From positions 13,042 to 46,521 of the forward strand of contig NHFA02000036.1 of NCBI GenBank assembly GCA_002170315.2: a stretch of DNA of 33,480 nucleotides. Reading direction: 5' to 3'. This DNA comes from Euryarchaeota archaeon TMED99. Its GTDB lineage: Archaea > Thermoplasmatota > Poseidoniia > Poseidoniales > Poseidoniaceae. Shown piece after piece: positions 17,745-26,379 of the stretch (the stretch's first letter is position 1; each line of letters starts with the position of its first letter). The notes under the pieces are model-generated. The model saw nothing but the letters and a program-made list of their open reading frames with translations. It was not told where the DNA came from and did no database searches. The translations under genes were made by a program, and so were the position numbers.

Positions 17745-19511
17745 ATGCCAGTAGGAATGCCGCCACTTGGAGGTCCATTAGGACGTTCACGATCACGTAT
17801 TTCTGCCAGTGGACTCACCACTTTTCTTCGGTGCAAGCGGCAATGGTTTCTTGGCTCTAAAGTTGGAATTTCAGGACCCTTGAGACCTTCTCAAGTCATT
17901 GGTATTGTGCTTGAAGACGCTCTTTGTGGATTGATGATGCAGCGGCCTGAAAAAGAGTTTCAAACTTTTTCTGAATTGAAAGAATGGATGTTGAATTTGA
18001 TTCCAAAAGCGGCTCAAGAAGCTCTAGCGGCGGGAGAAGTTCTCTGGGATGAAGGTCTTTGGTATGCGCCTGAGACATCTTGGGATGATGTCGAAATTGA
18101 ATCGTTTGAGACTCGTCTTGAAAATGGCTTGATGTTATTGTTTGAAGAGGTTGAGGCCTGCTATGAAGCGAATGGAGGTCCTTATTTGGATTTGATGAGG
18201 GCAAATGAATCCCCCTTTGAAGTTCCATCACCTGCTTGGGGCGATGAACCTCGTTTCCCCGTACCCGACAAAGTTCGTAATCATGAATTACGTTCTTGGG
18301 CGATTCCAGAACAAGCGATGATTTGGAAAAAATCAGGAACTCCTGTTTCATGGAACGAGGCTCTTGAAATCGCCCGACCTTGGACCAAAGACCCTCGAGT
18401 ACATCAACCTCAACGATTGTTTCATCCTGAGCGATGGGCTGCAGGAGAACTGGACTTGGTGCTACGATGGGATGGTCGAATTCGAATTGTCGATATCAAA
18501 TCCGGTGACCCGAGTTCTCGGTTTGCTGAATCGCTCCAGCACCAACTTCGATTCTATGCATGGCTTTGGCATGAGACGCATGAGGGTGAATGCATCGACG
18601 GATTAGAAGGATGGTACCTCAACGGTCCTCATCGTGTTCTGTATGATGCACCTCGTCCAGATGAATATGGAGAAATGACGAATGAATTTTTCCAAGTTAA
18701 TTCTGAAATGCAAAGCATGGGGTCAGGTCCTGCGGCTATGCCGGTTCTACCCGAAGATGCGTGTGATGGGAGTGCAGCAGGATGCCATTGGTGCAGCCTT
18801 GCTCGCGATGAGGATGGGCAGTGGTTTGGAGATGAACTCCTTTCAAACATCACTCCAAGTCGCGAAATTTCTCTAACGGTCCCAAGTGAACCCTTGTCAA
18901 ATATACCTGTTCGAGTGAGTGTTCAAGGGAAGTTTACCGGTGCATGGGGCCCGTTGCCAAATCATTTCGGTGAGCCGGTTCTTGGCGCAATGTTGGTTGC
19001 CGGTGGTGTTCAAATTACCGTCGAAGAGAGTGAGCCTGGAAGTTATCCACTTCTTCATGATCAAGAAAATGGAGAACTGGTGATACTTGACGCTCTCCCT
19101 GGCGTATGGCGGGGTGCTCCTCGATTGTATGTGGATTCAAGAACACGTATCGTGCCAATTGCACAAGCGAATAAAGAATTTGAGCAAACTGATACGCCGC
19201 TCTCTCAAAGAATGACGCGTATTGGTTTACTTCGCACCAGGGCGAATGTGGAAGGGATCGTTCTTAGCGTTCGAAAGCGTTCAGGAGTGCGATTGGATGC
19301 CAAACCTTGGACCATGTTAAACGTCCATCTTTGGGATGGGCATTCGGTGGTTGAAGTTGCTTCGTTCGGCTCGAGTATCACTGGACAAATGGAATCATTA
19401 CGGCCGGGTCAAACGCTGAAGTTACTGGCCGCTGAAATAGGTTGGAGAGCAGGACTGCCCCAACTTCGAATCGATACGAGAAAAACACGTCTGCAAATCA
19501 AAGATTCGTAA
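17745..19511 (+). CDS. Cas4/AddB-like PD-(D/E)XK nuclease fused to two OB folds (paralog A)
   Basis: ISASGLTTFLRCKRQW, GELDLV-x8-IVDIKSG, QLRFYA, C-x6-CHWC. C-terminal RPA-like OB fold (NVEGIVLSV...LWDGHSVVEV.FG...LRPGQTLKL). ATG at 17745 after GAGGTG. Confidence 0.85.
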   Translation: MPVGMPPLGGPLGRSRSRISASGLTTFLRCKRQWFLGSKVGISGPLRPSQVIGIVLEDALCGLMMQRPEKEFQTFSELKEWMLNLIPKAAQEALAAGEVLWDEGLWYAPETSWDDVEIESFETRLENGLMLLFEEVEACYEANGGPYLDLMRANESPFEVPSPAWGDEPRFPVPDKVRNHELRSWAIPEQAMIWKKSGTPVSWNEALEIARPWTKDPRVHQPQRLFHPERWAAGELDLVLRWDGRIRIVDIKSGDPSSRFAESLQHQLRFYAWLWHETHEGECIDGLEGWYLNGPHRVLYDAPRPDEYGEMTNEFFQVNSEMQSMGSGPAAMPVLPEDACDGSAAGCHWCSLARDEDGQWFGDELLSNITPSREISLTVPSEPLSNIPVRVSVQGKFTGAWGPLPNHFGEPVLGAMLVAGGVQITVEESEPGSYPLLHDQENGELVILDALPGVWRGAPRLYVDSRTRIVPIAQANKEFEQTDTPLSQRMTRIGLLRTRANVEGIVLSVRKRSGVRLDAKPWTMLNVHLWDGHSVVEVASFGSSITGQMESLRPGQTLKLLAAEIGWRAGLPQLRIDTRKTRLQIKDS

Positions 19512-19554
19512 TTTGAGAGCAGGGTTCAAGAACATTCGGCAATATCTCGCTGAT

Positions 19555-21381
19555 ATGCCGGTAAGACTCGCAACTCCTTCTGAAGATTCTGTCGGGCCAT
19601 ATAATCGACTTTCAGCAAGTCAGGTGAACACCTACCGTTCTTGTCCTCGTCTATGGTTTTATGAGAAAGTCCGGCGTTTTAAAATGCCACAAATACCGGT
19701 CTTATTTGTTGGCAGAGCGGTCGAAGAAGCAGTTTGTCGAATGCTTATGGAGTCGCCAGCCCTTCTGGTTGCCAATGCTTCATCAGACACGCTTTCAGCA
19801 ATACCTCTTGATGACAGTGGGATTCCAAGCCGCTCGAGCCTTGAGCCATGGCCAGCAGAGCGTTTACTCGCTCTCCCAGAAAACATGTGGCCTACAGATG
19901 TGGAGAGTTTACGTCATTGGGGTATTGGTCGATTGAAAAAGCATCTCCATCTCGCACTTAATGCCATGAAAGCTGAATGGGAAAAGGATGAACGTAAAGC
20001 AGGCCAATGGAGTTCTGTCGACCCCGATTACTGTCTTCAGATGTGTGTAAATGCATTGGATTTCCACTTGAAAGAAGTACAACGCTGCCTTGAGCAGAAT
20101 GGCGGGCCGAATCTCAAAGAATGGAGACGAGGCAAGCGTCCTGACTGGCCTTCACCCGATGCTCGTCGCTATACTCTTTCCAACAATCATCCTCTTTCAC
20201 AGAATGGAGAAGTTTCATTGGTCGAGGCTTGGGAAATTGCTCGACCTTGGTTTGTTGATCCAAATGCTGCCAAGTTTGCAATGAATGCAGTTCACCCAGA
20301 ACATTGGTTCCAAGGTGAGTATGATTTAGTCTATCGTTGGGATGGACGTATCAATATTGTTGATCTGAAAGCCAGCGTTGGAAAAGGTGACCGTTCGGGT
20401 AACTATGTTCAACAACTTCGCATGTATGCAATGCTTTGGTGGATTACACATGAAAAGAAAGAAATTGTGGATGCTCTCGAAATTTGGTATCTTGGTGCGA
20501 ATTCCATCAAATCAATCCCCTGTCCTACCGTTGAAGATATGACGGAAATGGAATCGGAACTTGAATCGTTATGGCACGAACTTCGAGAAACGACACCATC
20601 GATAGAAGAATGCCCGCCATCGCCCGCTCCAGTCCGAGGCTATGAGGCAGGTGGAGTCGCTATAGAACCGCCGAATGAGTCGAGATGTGAGCGCTGTGAT
20701 TGGAAACAAATTTGCCCAGGTGGAGAAGGAGATGACATCCTTCCTGAAGGGGGTTCAGTTCAATTACCGGGGAGTTCAACTTCATTTGATCTTACACCGA
20801 TAGGCGACCTCGACCCTCGAATGACGTTGATTGGTGAAGTATTCAGCGTGCTGAATGCGAGAGAAGGCCGGCGCCCTCAGATTACCATTTCTCAAGGTAA
20901 TGCGTTTGCCAAAGTTATACTGTTGGTTGACAATCACCAAGACGGACAGCCTTCTTGGCCAGAATCCATATCGAAAGGAGATATGGTCCGGCTCGATAAC
21001 GTCATTCCAAGTGCAAATTGGAAAGGAGAGATTGAACTTAAAGTCGACCCGCATGCGTGTATTGTTCCTGCTTCGGATGGTGAAATTGCATCCGATTTAA
21101 TGGAGTTCCGCGCTCGTTGGAACGTCTCAGGTCGCCTCATTTATCGGTTTGAAAAGAGAGGTGTTGGTCGGAACGGCAAAGAATGGCATCGGAAGGGTGC
21201 AATGATTCAAGATGCAAGTGGTGCAATGAAGGTTGACGGATGGGCAAATGATTGGGGCCCTCAGTATGACTTAGCAGAAATTGGTGATACCGTTGTTGTT
21301 GCCAACATTGGCTTGGATGCTTGGGCAGTTGAGGTTCGTGGAAGCGTTTCTCGAAATACGAAGTTCCACATTTTGAAGTGA
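19555..21381 (+). CDS. Cas4/AddB-like PD-(D/E)XK nuclease fused to two OB folds (paralog B)
   Basis: LSASQVNTYRSCPRLW, GEYDLV...IVDLKAS, QLRMYA, CERCDWKQIC (CxxC-x5-C). Two OB-like domains (IGDLDPRMTLIGEV...KGDMVRL; WNVSGRL...IQDASGAMKVDGW...IGDTVVV). Confidence 0.88.
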   Translation: MPVRLATPSEDSVGPYNRLSASQVNTYRSCPRLWFYEKVRRFKMPQIPVLFVGRAVEEAVCRMLMESPALLVANASSDTLSAIPLDDSGIPSRSSLEPWPAERLLALPENMWPTDVESLRHWGIGRLKKHLHLALNAMKAEWEKDERKAGQWSSVDPDYCLQMCVNALDFHLKEVQRCLEQNGGPNLKEWRRGKRPDWPSPDARRYTLSNNHPLSQNGEVSLVEAWEIARPWFVDPNAAKFAMNAVHPEHWFQGEYDLVYRWDGRINIVDLKASVGKGDRSGNYVQQLRMYAMLWWITHEKKEIVDALEIWYLGANSIKSIPCPTVEDMTEMESELESLWHELRETTPSIEECPPSPAPVRGYEAGGVAIEPPNESRCERCDWKQICPGGEGDDILPEGGSVQLPGSSTSFDLTPIGDLDPRMTLIGEVFSVLNAREGRRPQITISQGNAFAKVILLVDNHQDGQPSWPESISKGDMVRLDNVIPSANWKGEIELKVDPHACIVPASDGEIASDLMEFRARWNVSGRLIYRFEKRGVGRNGKEWHRKGAMIQDASGAMKVDGWANDWGPQYDLAEIGDTVVVANIGLDAWAVEVRGSVSRNTKFHILK

Positions 21382-21392
21382 ATTCATCAGGA

Positions 21393-21593
21393 TTAACCGC
21401 CTGAAGATATTGTGGTCACCAAGAGTTCGACGGGTTGAGAAAGAACAGTAGCATGGGGTAAAATCACGCCATCATGGCTCACGATGACCATCGAAGGTGG
21501 AATTTCAGCCTTTGTGAGAGCTTGTCGAACAGTCACTCCACTTTCGAGGTCTATCTTGACATCATAGTCTCGTCCTTTGAGGTGTATCTCCAT
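21393..21593 (-). CDS. Ubiquitin-like sulfur carrier / SAMP (MoaD/ThiS family), 66 aa
   Basis: MEIHLKG...TVRQAL...VIVSHDG...ISSGG*; beta-grasp pattern with C-terminal GG. GGAG precedes the ATG at 21593. Confidence 0.9.
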   Translation of the reverse strand: MEIHLKGRDYDVKIDLESGVTVRQALTKAEIPPSMVIVSHDGVILPHATVLSQPVELLVTTISSGG

Positions 21594-21648
21594 ACTACTC
21601 CGTATCAACACCATGCTTATGACGGTGGCGCTAAACCGAACACTTGCG

Positions 21649-21731
21649 GCCGAGATCGCATAGCCCGGTATTGCGGTGGATTCGAAATCCACTGTCCTTG
21701 TGACGCGGGAGTTCAAATCTCTCTCTCGGCG
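21649..21731 (+). tRNA. tRNA-Ser (anticodon CGA)
   Basis: Acceptor stem GCCGAGA/TCTCGGC with discriminator G. Anticodon arm GTGGA-TTCGAAA-TCCAC (CGA at 21683-21685), long variable arm, T arm GGGAG-TTCAAAT-CTCTC. No intron; CCA not fully encoded. Confidence 0.96.
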
Positions 21732-21786
21732 CCTAACCCCAATCCAAGGCTTTTTTATCGATTGGCATTATCATTGACCGATTGAC

Positions 21787-22254
21787 ATGGAGCCCACACC
21801 TGCGTCTGGCCCAAATGTCAAAGACAGCGTCGTCTCTGGTGATTTGCATACTGGCAATGTCATTCACAATCATTACCACATGCCCCAGCAACCACAGGCT
21901 GCCCCACAGCAGCCAACAGTTCAACCCATGGCTGCGAACCCCAACCCTCATTTTTATCAGCAGCAACCACAGTTTCAGCAGCCACAACCCACTCCTCAGC
22001 CTTCTTACACGAATTATTACCAGCAACACGGTTCGCGTTATCTTCAGAATACACAACAAAAGGATGTTCTCATCACGTACATTCTCTGGTTTTTACTCGG
22101 GCCATTGGGTGGTCATAGGTTTTACCTTAACCAAATTGGAATGGGGATTTTCTACTTCTTGACGTTCGGCGGGTGTGGATTATTGTGGCTTATCGACATC
22201 GCTCTGATTCCCGATTTGGTCAACCGTGCAAACCGTGTTCACATTCGGAATTAG
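21787..22254 (+). CDS. TM2 domain membrane protein with Q/P-rich N-terminus
   Basis: YILWFLLGPLGGHRFYL..GIFYFLTFGGCGLLWLID is the TM2 signature. Confidence 0.92.
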   Translation: MEPTPASGPNVKDSVVSGDLHTGNVIHNHYHMPQQPQAAPQQPTVQPMAANPNPHFYQQQPQFQQPQPTPQPSYTNYYQQHGSRYLQNTQQKDVLITYILWFLLGPLGGHRFYLNQIGMGIFYFLTFGGCGLLWLIDIALIPDLVNRANRVHIRN

Positions 22255-22257
22255 TTT

Positions 22258-23013
22258 TCACATGTAAAAGGCATCGGGTGACTCGGTTAATTCTCCAACG
22301 AGGTCATCGACTTTACCTGGCGCTAATGCAGAGAGCTTTTCAGTTAACTTCGACTGAATGTCACTTGGTAAAGCGATACCAAGTTCAAACCATCCATCTA
22401 AACTCTCCAGTAATCTTTGGGATACAAACACATCTCCGCTTGAACCTACAGTGGTTGCAATTGCACAAGCGCTTTGGATGTTGAACAGAGGTCCATTGGA
22501 AGCGATCAATGCTGCAAGTCCGATTGCTCCAGATTTCGGCTCATCACGTCGAACATCAACGCCTGCTGCTTCTAAATCAATCCGATGTGCTGCACTTGAA
22601 GCGACGACAAAGACTTCTTTTCGAGTTGGAGCATCCATCAATCCAGCAAGAACGTAGAGCGAAGAGACGCCTTGGCTTTCTAGCCATTGAAGAATTTCTC
22701 TCGCCATCATCCCCTGATGTTCAGGTTCCAAAGGCTGTGAAGTTCCTGTGAGGCAAATAACCCTCTTTCCAGTAACAGATTCTATAGAGGAAAGAGTGAG
22801 GTGCGGTGGTGCGAGCAAGCCATCTTCGTCAAGGGTTGCAAGAGGAGGTAATGCTGTGTGATGTAAACGAGCCACTTCGTTACAAAGATGAGATGAATTG
22901 ATGCCTTCAATGGCAACCTTGCCCACGTTTCCGACCCCTGGGAGTGCAAAGAACATGATGTCATGTTCACCGACTTGAGTATTCGACCCTCTCCATTCAA
23001 TGTGCAATCCCAT
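22258..23013 (-). CDS. PAC2-family proteasome assembly chaperone
   Basis: ALPGVGNVGKVA, GTSQP, LYVLAG, GAIGLAAL; conserved position after nop10. Confidence 0.88.
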   Translation of the reverse strand: MGLHIEWRGSNTQVGEHDIMFFALPGVGNVGKVAIEGINSSHLCNEVARLHHTALPPLATLDEDGLLAPPHLTLSSIESVTGKRVICLTGTSQPLEPEHQGMMAREILQWLESQGVSSLYVLAGLMDAPTRKEVFVVASSAAHRIDLEAAGVDVRRDEPKSGAIGLAALIASNGPLFNIQSACAIATTVGSSGDVFVSQRLLESLDGWFELGIALPSDIQSKLTEKLSALAPGKVDDLVGELTESPDAFYM

Positions 23014-23101
23014 AATGTTCCTATCGATTTAGGACGCGCTATAATGTTTCACATTCGAATCACGCTGAAAAGCGGAATTGTGAAGGCTCGAATGAAACGC
23101 A

Positions 23102-23344
23102 TCATTCTTCTTCAGAAGCATCGTGCGTGTTTTTCATTTCTTCCAAAGAGGGAAGTGTAGCAAGCCCACTGGCCCATTTTGCGTCAGTCACATTGTACAT
23201 TTTACGTCGAATCTCAGCACGATGGTCCTCAGGTGACCATTTGAGAGGTGCTGCTGCTTGTGCCTTGGATCCGCATGAAGGACATGTGGTCGCTAAAGTC
23301 CACGCTCCACATTCAAGACATTGCTGTAAAAGTTGTCGCGCCAT
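23102..23344 (-). CDS. nop10: H/ACA RNP protein Nop10
   Basis: CLECGAWTL..CPSCG...PLKWSPED...RR; follows aIF2alpha. Confidence 0.93.
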   Translation of the reverse strand: MARQLLQQCLECGAWTLATTCPSCGSKAQAAAPLKWSPEDHRAEIRRKMYNVTDAKWASGLATLPSLEEMKNTHDASEEE

Positions 23345-23382
23345 ACTACCACCGTTACGATTCAAGTTTATCAGTCGAGCCC

Positions 23383-24168
23383 TCATTCACGGTATGATGT
23401 GGCTTCTCCACCTGCTGAAAGAACATGGTCAAGAGTTGATTTTGTTGCGTTTTCCCAAATCGATTCAGCCGTTTTGAAATCGGGTGCTTTCAATTCAATT
23501 CGATATTCTGGTGCGCCATTATAGTGGCAACGGACTTCGATTTCTTCTTCTTCGGAAGAGAATGCTTCAGCGGCAAGAAGTGCATTTTGAATAATTTCTA
23601 CTCCGTTGATATCGTTAATACTCAAGGTTAGGATGCCTCGTATTTCGACAAAGTCTGGAATAATATTTTCTACAGCGATTTCAATGAAATGCTTCAGCCA
23701 ATCGCCTTCAAATCCTGCATCAACCAATGAACCTTCATTCATTGCAGCTTCTTCAAATGCAGTGTAAAGGCCGCCGTAGGCGTCGATCAGTTCTTGTTTC
23801 GAAGATTCAATATCCTCTTCGGTCCATCCTACCTTTTCTCCCAACACTTTCAGTAATTGGTTTGCACGTTGCTCATTTTTCCATTCTTGGAGCCGTTCAC
23901 GACGTCGCTCTTCAGAAACTGATTTCAGAGAAAGTTCCAGAGAAGTCCCGTCTTTGCGGGTTCGCATCACTTTACAGATGAGTCGCTGACCTTCTCGAAC
24001 ATAGACTCGAATATTCTTGACCCAGCCGCTGGCAATCTCGCCAATGAAAATAAAACCTTCAAGGCCTTCAAATTCATCGAGTTTGACATAACATCCGTTT
24101 TGTTTTACGGTTGTTACAGAAACAACAACAAGTTCGCCTTCACTTGGCGTATTGGTGATTTCTGACAT
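23383..24168 (-). CDS. eif2a: Translation initiation factor 2 alpha subunit
   Basis: PSEGELVV, EGFIFIGEIASGWVKNIR, LSLKSV, EWKNEQRA, GAPEYRI. Confidence 0.97.
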   Translation of the reverse strand: MSEITNTPSEGELVVVSVTTVKQNGCYVKLDEFEGLEGFIFIGEIASGWVKNIRVYVREGQRLICKVMRTRKDGTSLELSLKSVSEERRRERLQEWKNEQRANQLLKVLGEKVGWTEEDIESSKQELIDAYGGLYTAFEEAAMNEGSLVDAGFEGDWLKHFIEIAVENIIPDFVEIRGILTLSINDINGVEIIQNALLAAEAFSSEEEEIEVRCHYNGAPEYRIELKAPDFKTAESIWENATKSTLDHVLSAGGEATSYRE

Positions 24169-24183
24169 AGAGGCTCTGCCTCC

Positions 24184-24354
24184 TCATTCAAGTGCTTCAA
24201 CAACGGTGCATCCGATAAGATTCGCTTTACCACCAGATGGGATGGAAAGGGTTGCTCCGCAAACACCGCAAGAAATGACAGATGTTGCTCGAGAATAAAT
24301 GGTTGCTTCACTGCCGCAATCTTTGCAGGTGACTTTGAGGAAATTCTTTGCCAT
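24184..24354 (-). CDS. rps27e: 30S ribosomal protein S27e (56 aa; not in ORF track)
   Basis: Hand translation: MAKNFLKVTCKDCGSEATIYSRATSVISCGVCGATLSIPSGGKANLIGCTVVEALE. Confidence 0.96.
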   Translation of the reverse strand: MAKNFLKVTCKDCGSEATIYSRATSVISCGVCGATLSIPSGGKANLIGCTVVEALE

Positions 24355-24366
24355 ATTTTATTCAAC

Positions 24367-24651
24367 TCACTTATCGATTAATTCGAACTTCTTAGAACGA
24401 CGGCAAGGTGCATAGTGCGCTTTGCCAGTTTCCGTACAACGGTAGAGAATGTTTACTCGCTTTGTAGGCTTTTCACGGCCATCTGGTTTTGGACGAGGGA
24501 AACCACGGTAACCAGCCATAACACGGCGGAAACGGCGTTGACCCCAGCGAAGTTCAGAAGCACGCTTCTTCTTCACTCGCTCAATAGTGTGCATTGTGTG
24601 CTTGCCAGCCGATGGGCTGTAACGCTTGACTTGACGTGGCATTTTCACCAT
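24367..24651 (-). CDS. rpl44e: 50S ribosomal protein L44e (eL42)
   Basis: MKMP-like start, ELRWGQRRFRR, GYRGFPRP, EKPTKR; sits upstream of S27e. Confidence 0.96.
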   Translation of the reverse strand: MVKMPRQVKRYSPSAGKHTMHTIERVKKKRASELRWGQRRFRRVMAGYRGFPRPKPDGREKPTKRVNILYRCTETGKAHYAPCRRSKKFELIDK

Positions 24652-24783
24652 AAGAGCACCTTGAGCATTCGGCCCACAAGAGTCGGCTATTTAGGCGTGT
24701 CGCATTCAAACTCCATGGCAATTCGCTAGACTGCGAGTAAAACAGGGGGAGAGATAATGAACATTCAAGGCTTCCATTACGCC

Positions 24784-25578
24784 ATGGACGAGATGCTACA
24801 AGCGTTGCTTCTGTTCTGGATACCTATCGCTATGGTGCCTTTAGGTCTCTGGTTGTCGATGTCTTCTGCATCGAAATCAACCACAGCCTACGGAAAATAT
24901 CTTGCCTTTCTCGGCATCATTATGATTTGCCTAAGTCCGTGGACTGTTCCCTCCTCACCATCCTCCGCCGCCGGTCACTTACTCGGCGCAATTATTGGCC
25001 CGTGCATGCTGATTATTATCGGAATTTATCTCATTTCATTTTCTGGCAATGTTCCTGTTGGCAAATTACCACGAAGCGATCGAAGATTGGGTGTGCTGAT
25101 GAGTGGAGCTGGTTTTGTTTGGTTAGCAGGAATGCATTGGTGGATTCTAACTCCTCAACTTTCTCCAGATGAAGTCAATCCTTACTGGTATGTCTTCTGG
25201 CCAACATTCATTTTGCTCACTTCGTGTTTAGCATCATGCTCTGCAGTGACTTTGTTGACCATTGGTGACCGGCGTAGAACAGAGTCAAATGCAATGTTTG
25301 TTGTCTCTGGCCTGTCAATGGCGATATTACTCCTGGGGCTCAATATTGATGGCCCCTTGGTACAAGCAGATGAATTCCGCGAGCATCTGTGGTTAGCGGT
25401 TGCAGATATGGCAGGTATCGCTGTAGGCAGTCTCCTCTCGATACTTGTTTTTGCCTTTGTCATTTACTCTTATGAGCGCAGCCTGCCGTCACCCAAAGCG
25501 ATCGAACCGCCAACTTCGTCTGAACTTGACCAAGTCTCAACACTTCTACAGGCTCATCTTGGAGGTGAAGAAGAATGA
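24784..25578 (+). CDS. Hypothetical multi-pass membrane protein (~7 TM)
   Basis: Series of hydrophobic segments. Start could be 24757 or 24784. Confidence 0.75.
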   Translation: MDEMLQALLLFWIPIAMVPLGLWLSMSSASKSTTAYGKYLAFLGIIMICLSPWTVPSSPSSAAGHLLGAIIGPCMLIIIGIYLISFSGNVPVGKLPRSDRRLGVLMSGAGFVWLAGMHWWILTPQLSPDEVNPYWYVFWPTFILLTSCLASCSAVTLLTIGDRRRTESNAMFVVSGLSMAILLLGLNIDGPLVQADEFREHLWLAVADMAGIAVGSLLSILVFAFVIYSYERSLPSPKAIEPPTSSELDQVSTLLQAHLGGEEE

Positions 25579-26051
25579 AAGAATCTTCTTTATCGATGAC
25601 ATGGAGAATGATTCTCTTGGCATTTTTACTTCCCCCATTGCTTATTGTTGCTTTGGATATTACGTTCTATGGTGCATTTAATGGCGTTGATTCAAGCGTT
25701 TCATTTACTCGCTTTGCCAATGCGACTTTGACTGCTTATACTCTCTGTTCTCTGTTTTTACTCGGCAATTTGTTTTTCTACGGCGAATCGAGAAACAGAC
25801 CTTTGGCGCCTTTGGTTGGCATGGTAGTTGCGACACTTTTGGGGATAGTGGCGACTGCATTTTTCATTGGCCAAGGTCCTATGCTCTTGGAAGACAACGG
25901 TTCTGTCCAAGCTCAAGGAATATACAACATCGTTCACATGTTCGTCTCATCGGGTGCAATTCTGATGGCCGTTTGCGTCGCTTTAGGGGTCACATTTTCA
26001 GCAATAACTTCCCAGAAACTTCGGAGCGATTTTGATTTAGAAGAAGAATAA
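25575..26051 (+). CDS. Hypothetical membrane protein (~4 TM)
   Basis: ATGA overlap with the previous gene and upstream GGAGGTGA; four hydrophobic segments. Confidence 0.75.
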   Translation: MKESSLSMTWRMILLAFLLPPLLIVALDITFYGAFNGVDSSVSFTRFANATLTAYTLCSLFLLGNLFFYGESRNRPLAPLVGMVVATLLGIVATAFFIGQGPMLLEDNGSVQAQGIYNIVHMFVSSGAILMAVCVALGVTFSAITSQKLRSDFDLEEE

Positions 26052-26129
26052 CCCCCAAACTCATCGACAAGACCTCAGCCGTCGGTTTGATAAGGGGGAG
26101 GTCGGTGGGGCGGCTATACAGGTGTTTCT

Positions 26130-26309
26130 ATGTCGAAAGGTACTCCGTCCATGGGTAAGCGACAAAAGACTGCACATATTCGTTGCCGCCGCTGTGGCCG
26201 CAACTCTTACCACAAGCAAAAGGGCGTTTGTTCTGCTTGCGGTTACGGTGCTACTGCACGTATGCGCAAATTCAATTGGTCAAAGAAGGCTCACCGTCCT
26301 AAAGCTTGA
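26130..26309 (+). CDS. rpl37e: 50S ribosomal protein L37e (59 aa; not in ORF track)
   Basis: Hand translation: [59 protein letters not shown]; AGGTG SD upstream. Confidence 0.97.
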   Translation: MSKGTPSMGKRQKTAHIRCRRCGRNSYHKQKGVCSACGYGATARMRKFNWSKKAHRPKA

Positions 26310-26379
26310 GGCGAAGGAGATGTTTCTAAGCCGCAATGGCTACAAAGCGTCAAGCACTCGATGGAGTTGAGGCAAAGCA

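Noticed and set aside
17745-21381. CRISPR-Cas adaptation module suggested by Cas4-like motifs
   Set aside because: No repeat-spacer array and no cas1, cas2 or effector genes in the window; the proteins are about three times Cas4 length.
21474-21785. 103-aa ORF and the N-terminal extension of the SAMP ORF to 21716
   Set aside because: They overlap the tRNA; the SAMP fold starts at 21593.
21649-22257. Integrated element at tRNA-Ser
   Set aside because: No integrase and no duplicated tRNA 3' end seen; core genes resume after a single ORF.
24114-24365. 83-aa ORF from the track
   Set aside because: Wrong frame; the real gene is S27e at 24184-24354.
26122-26370. 82-aa ORF from the track
   Set aside because: Wrong frame; the real gene is L37e at 26130-26309.
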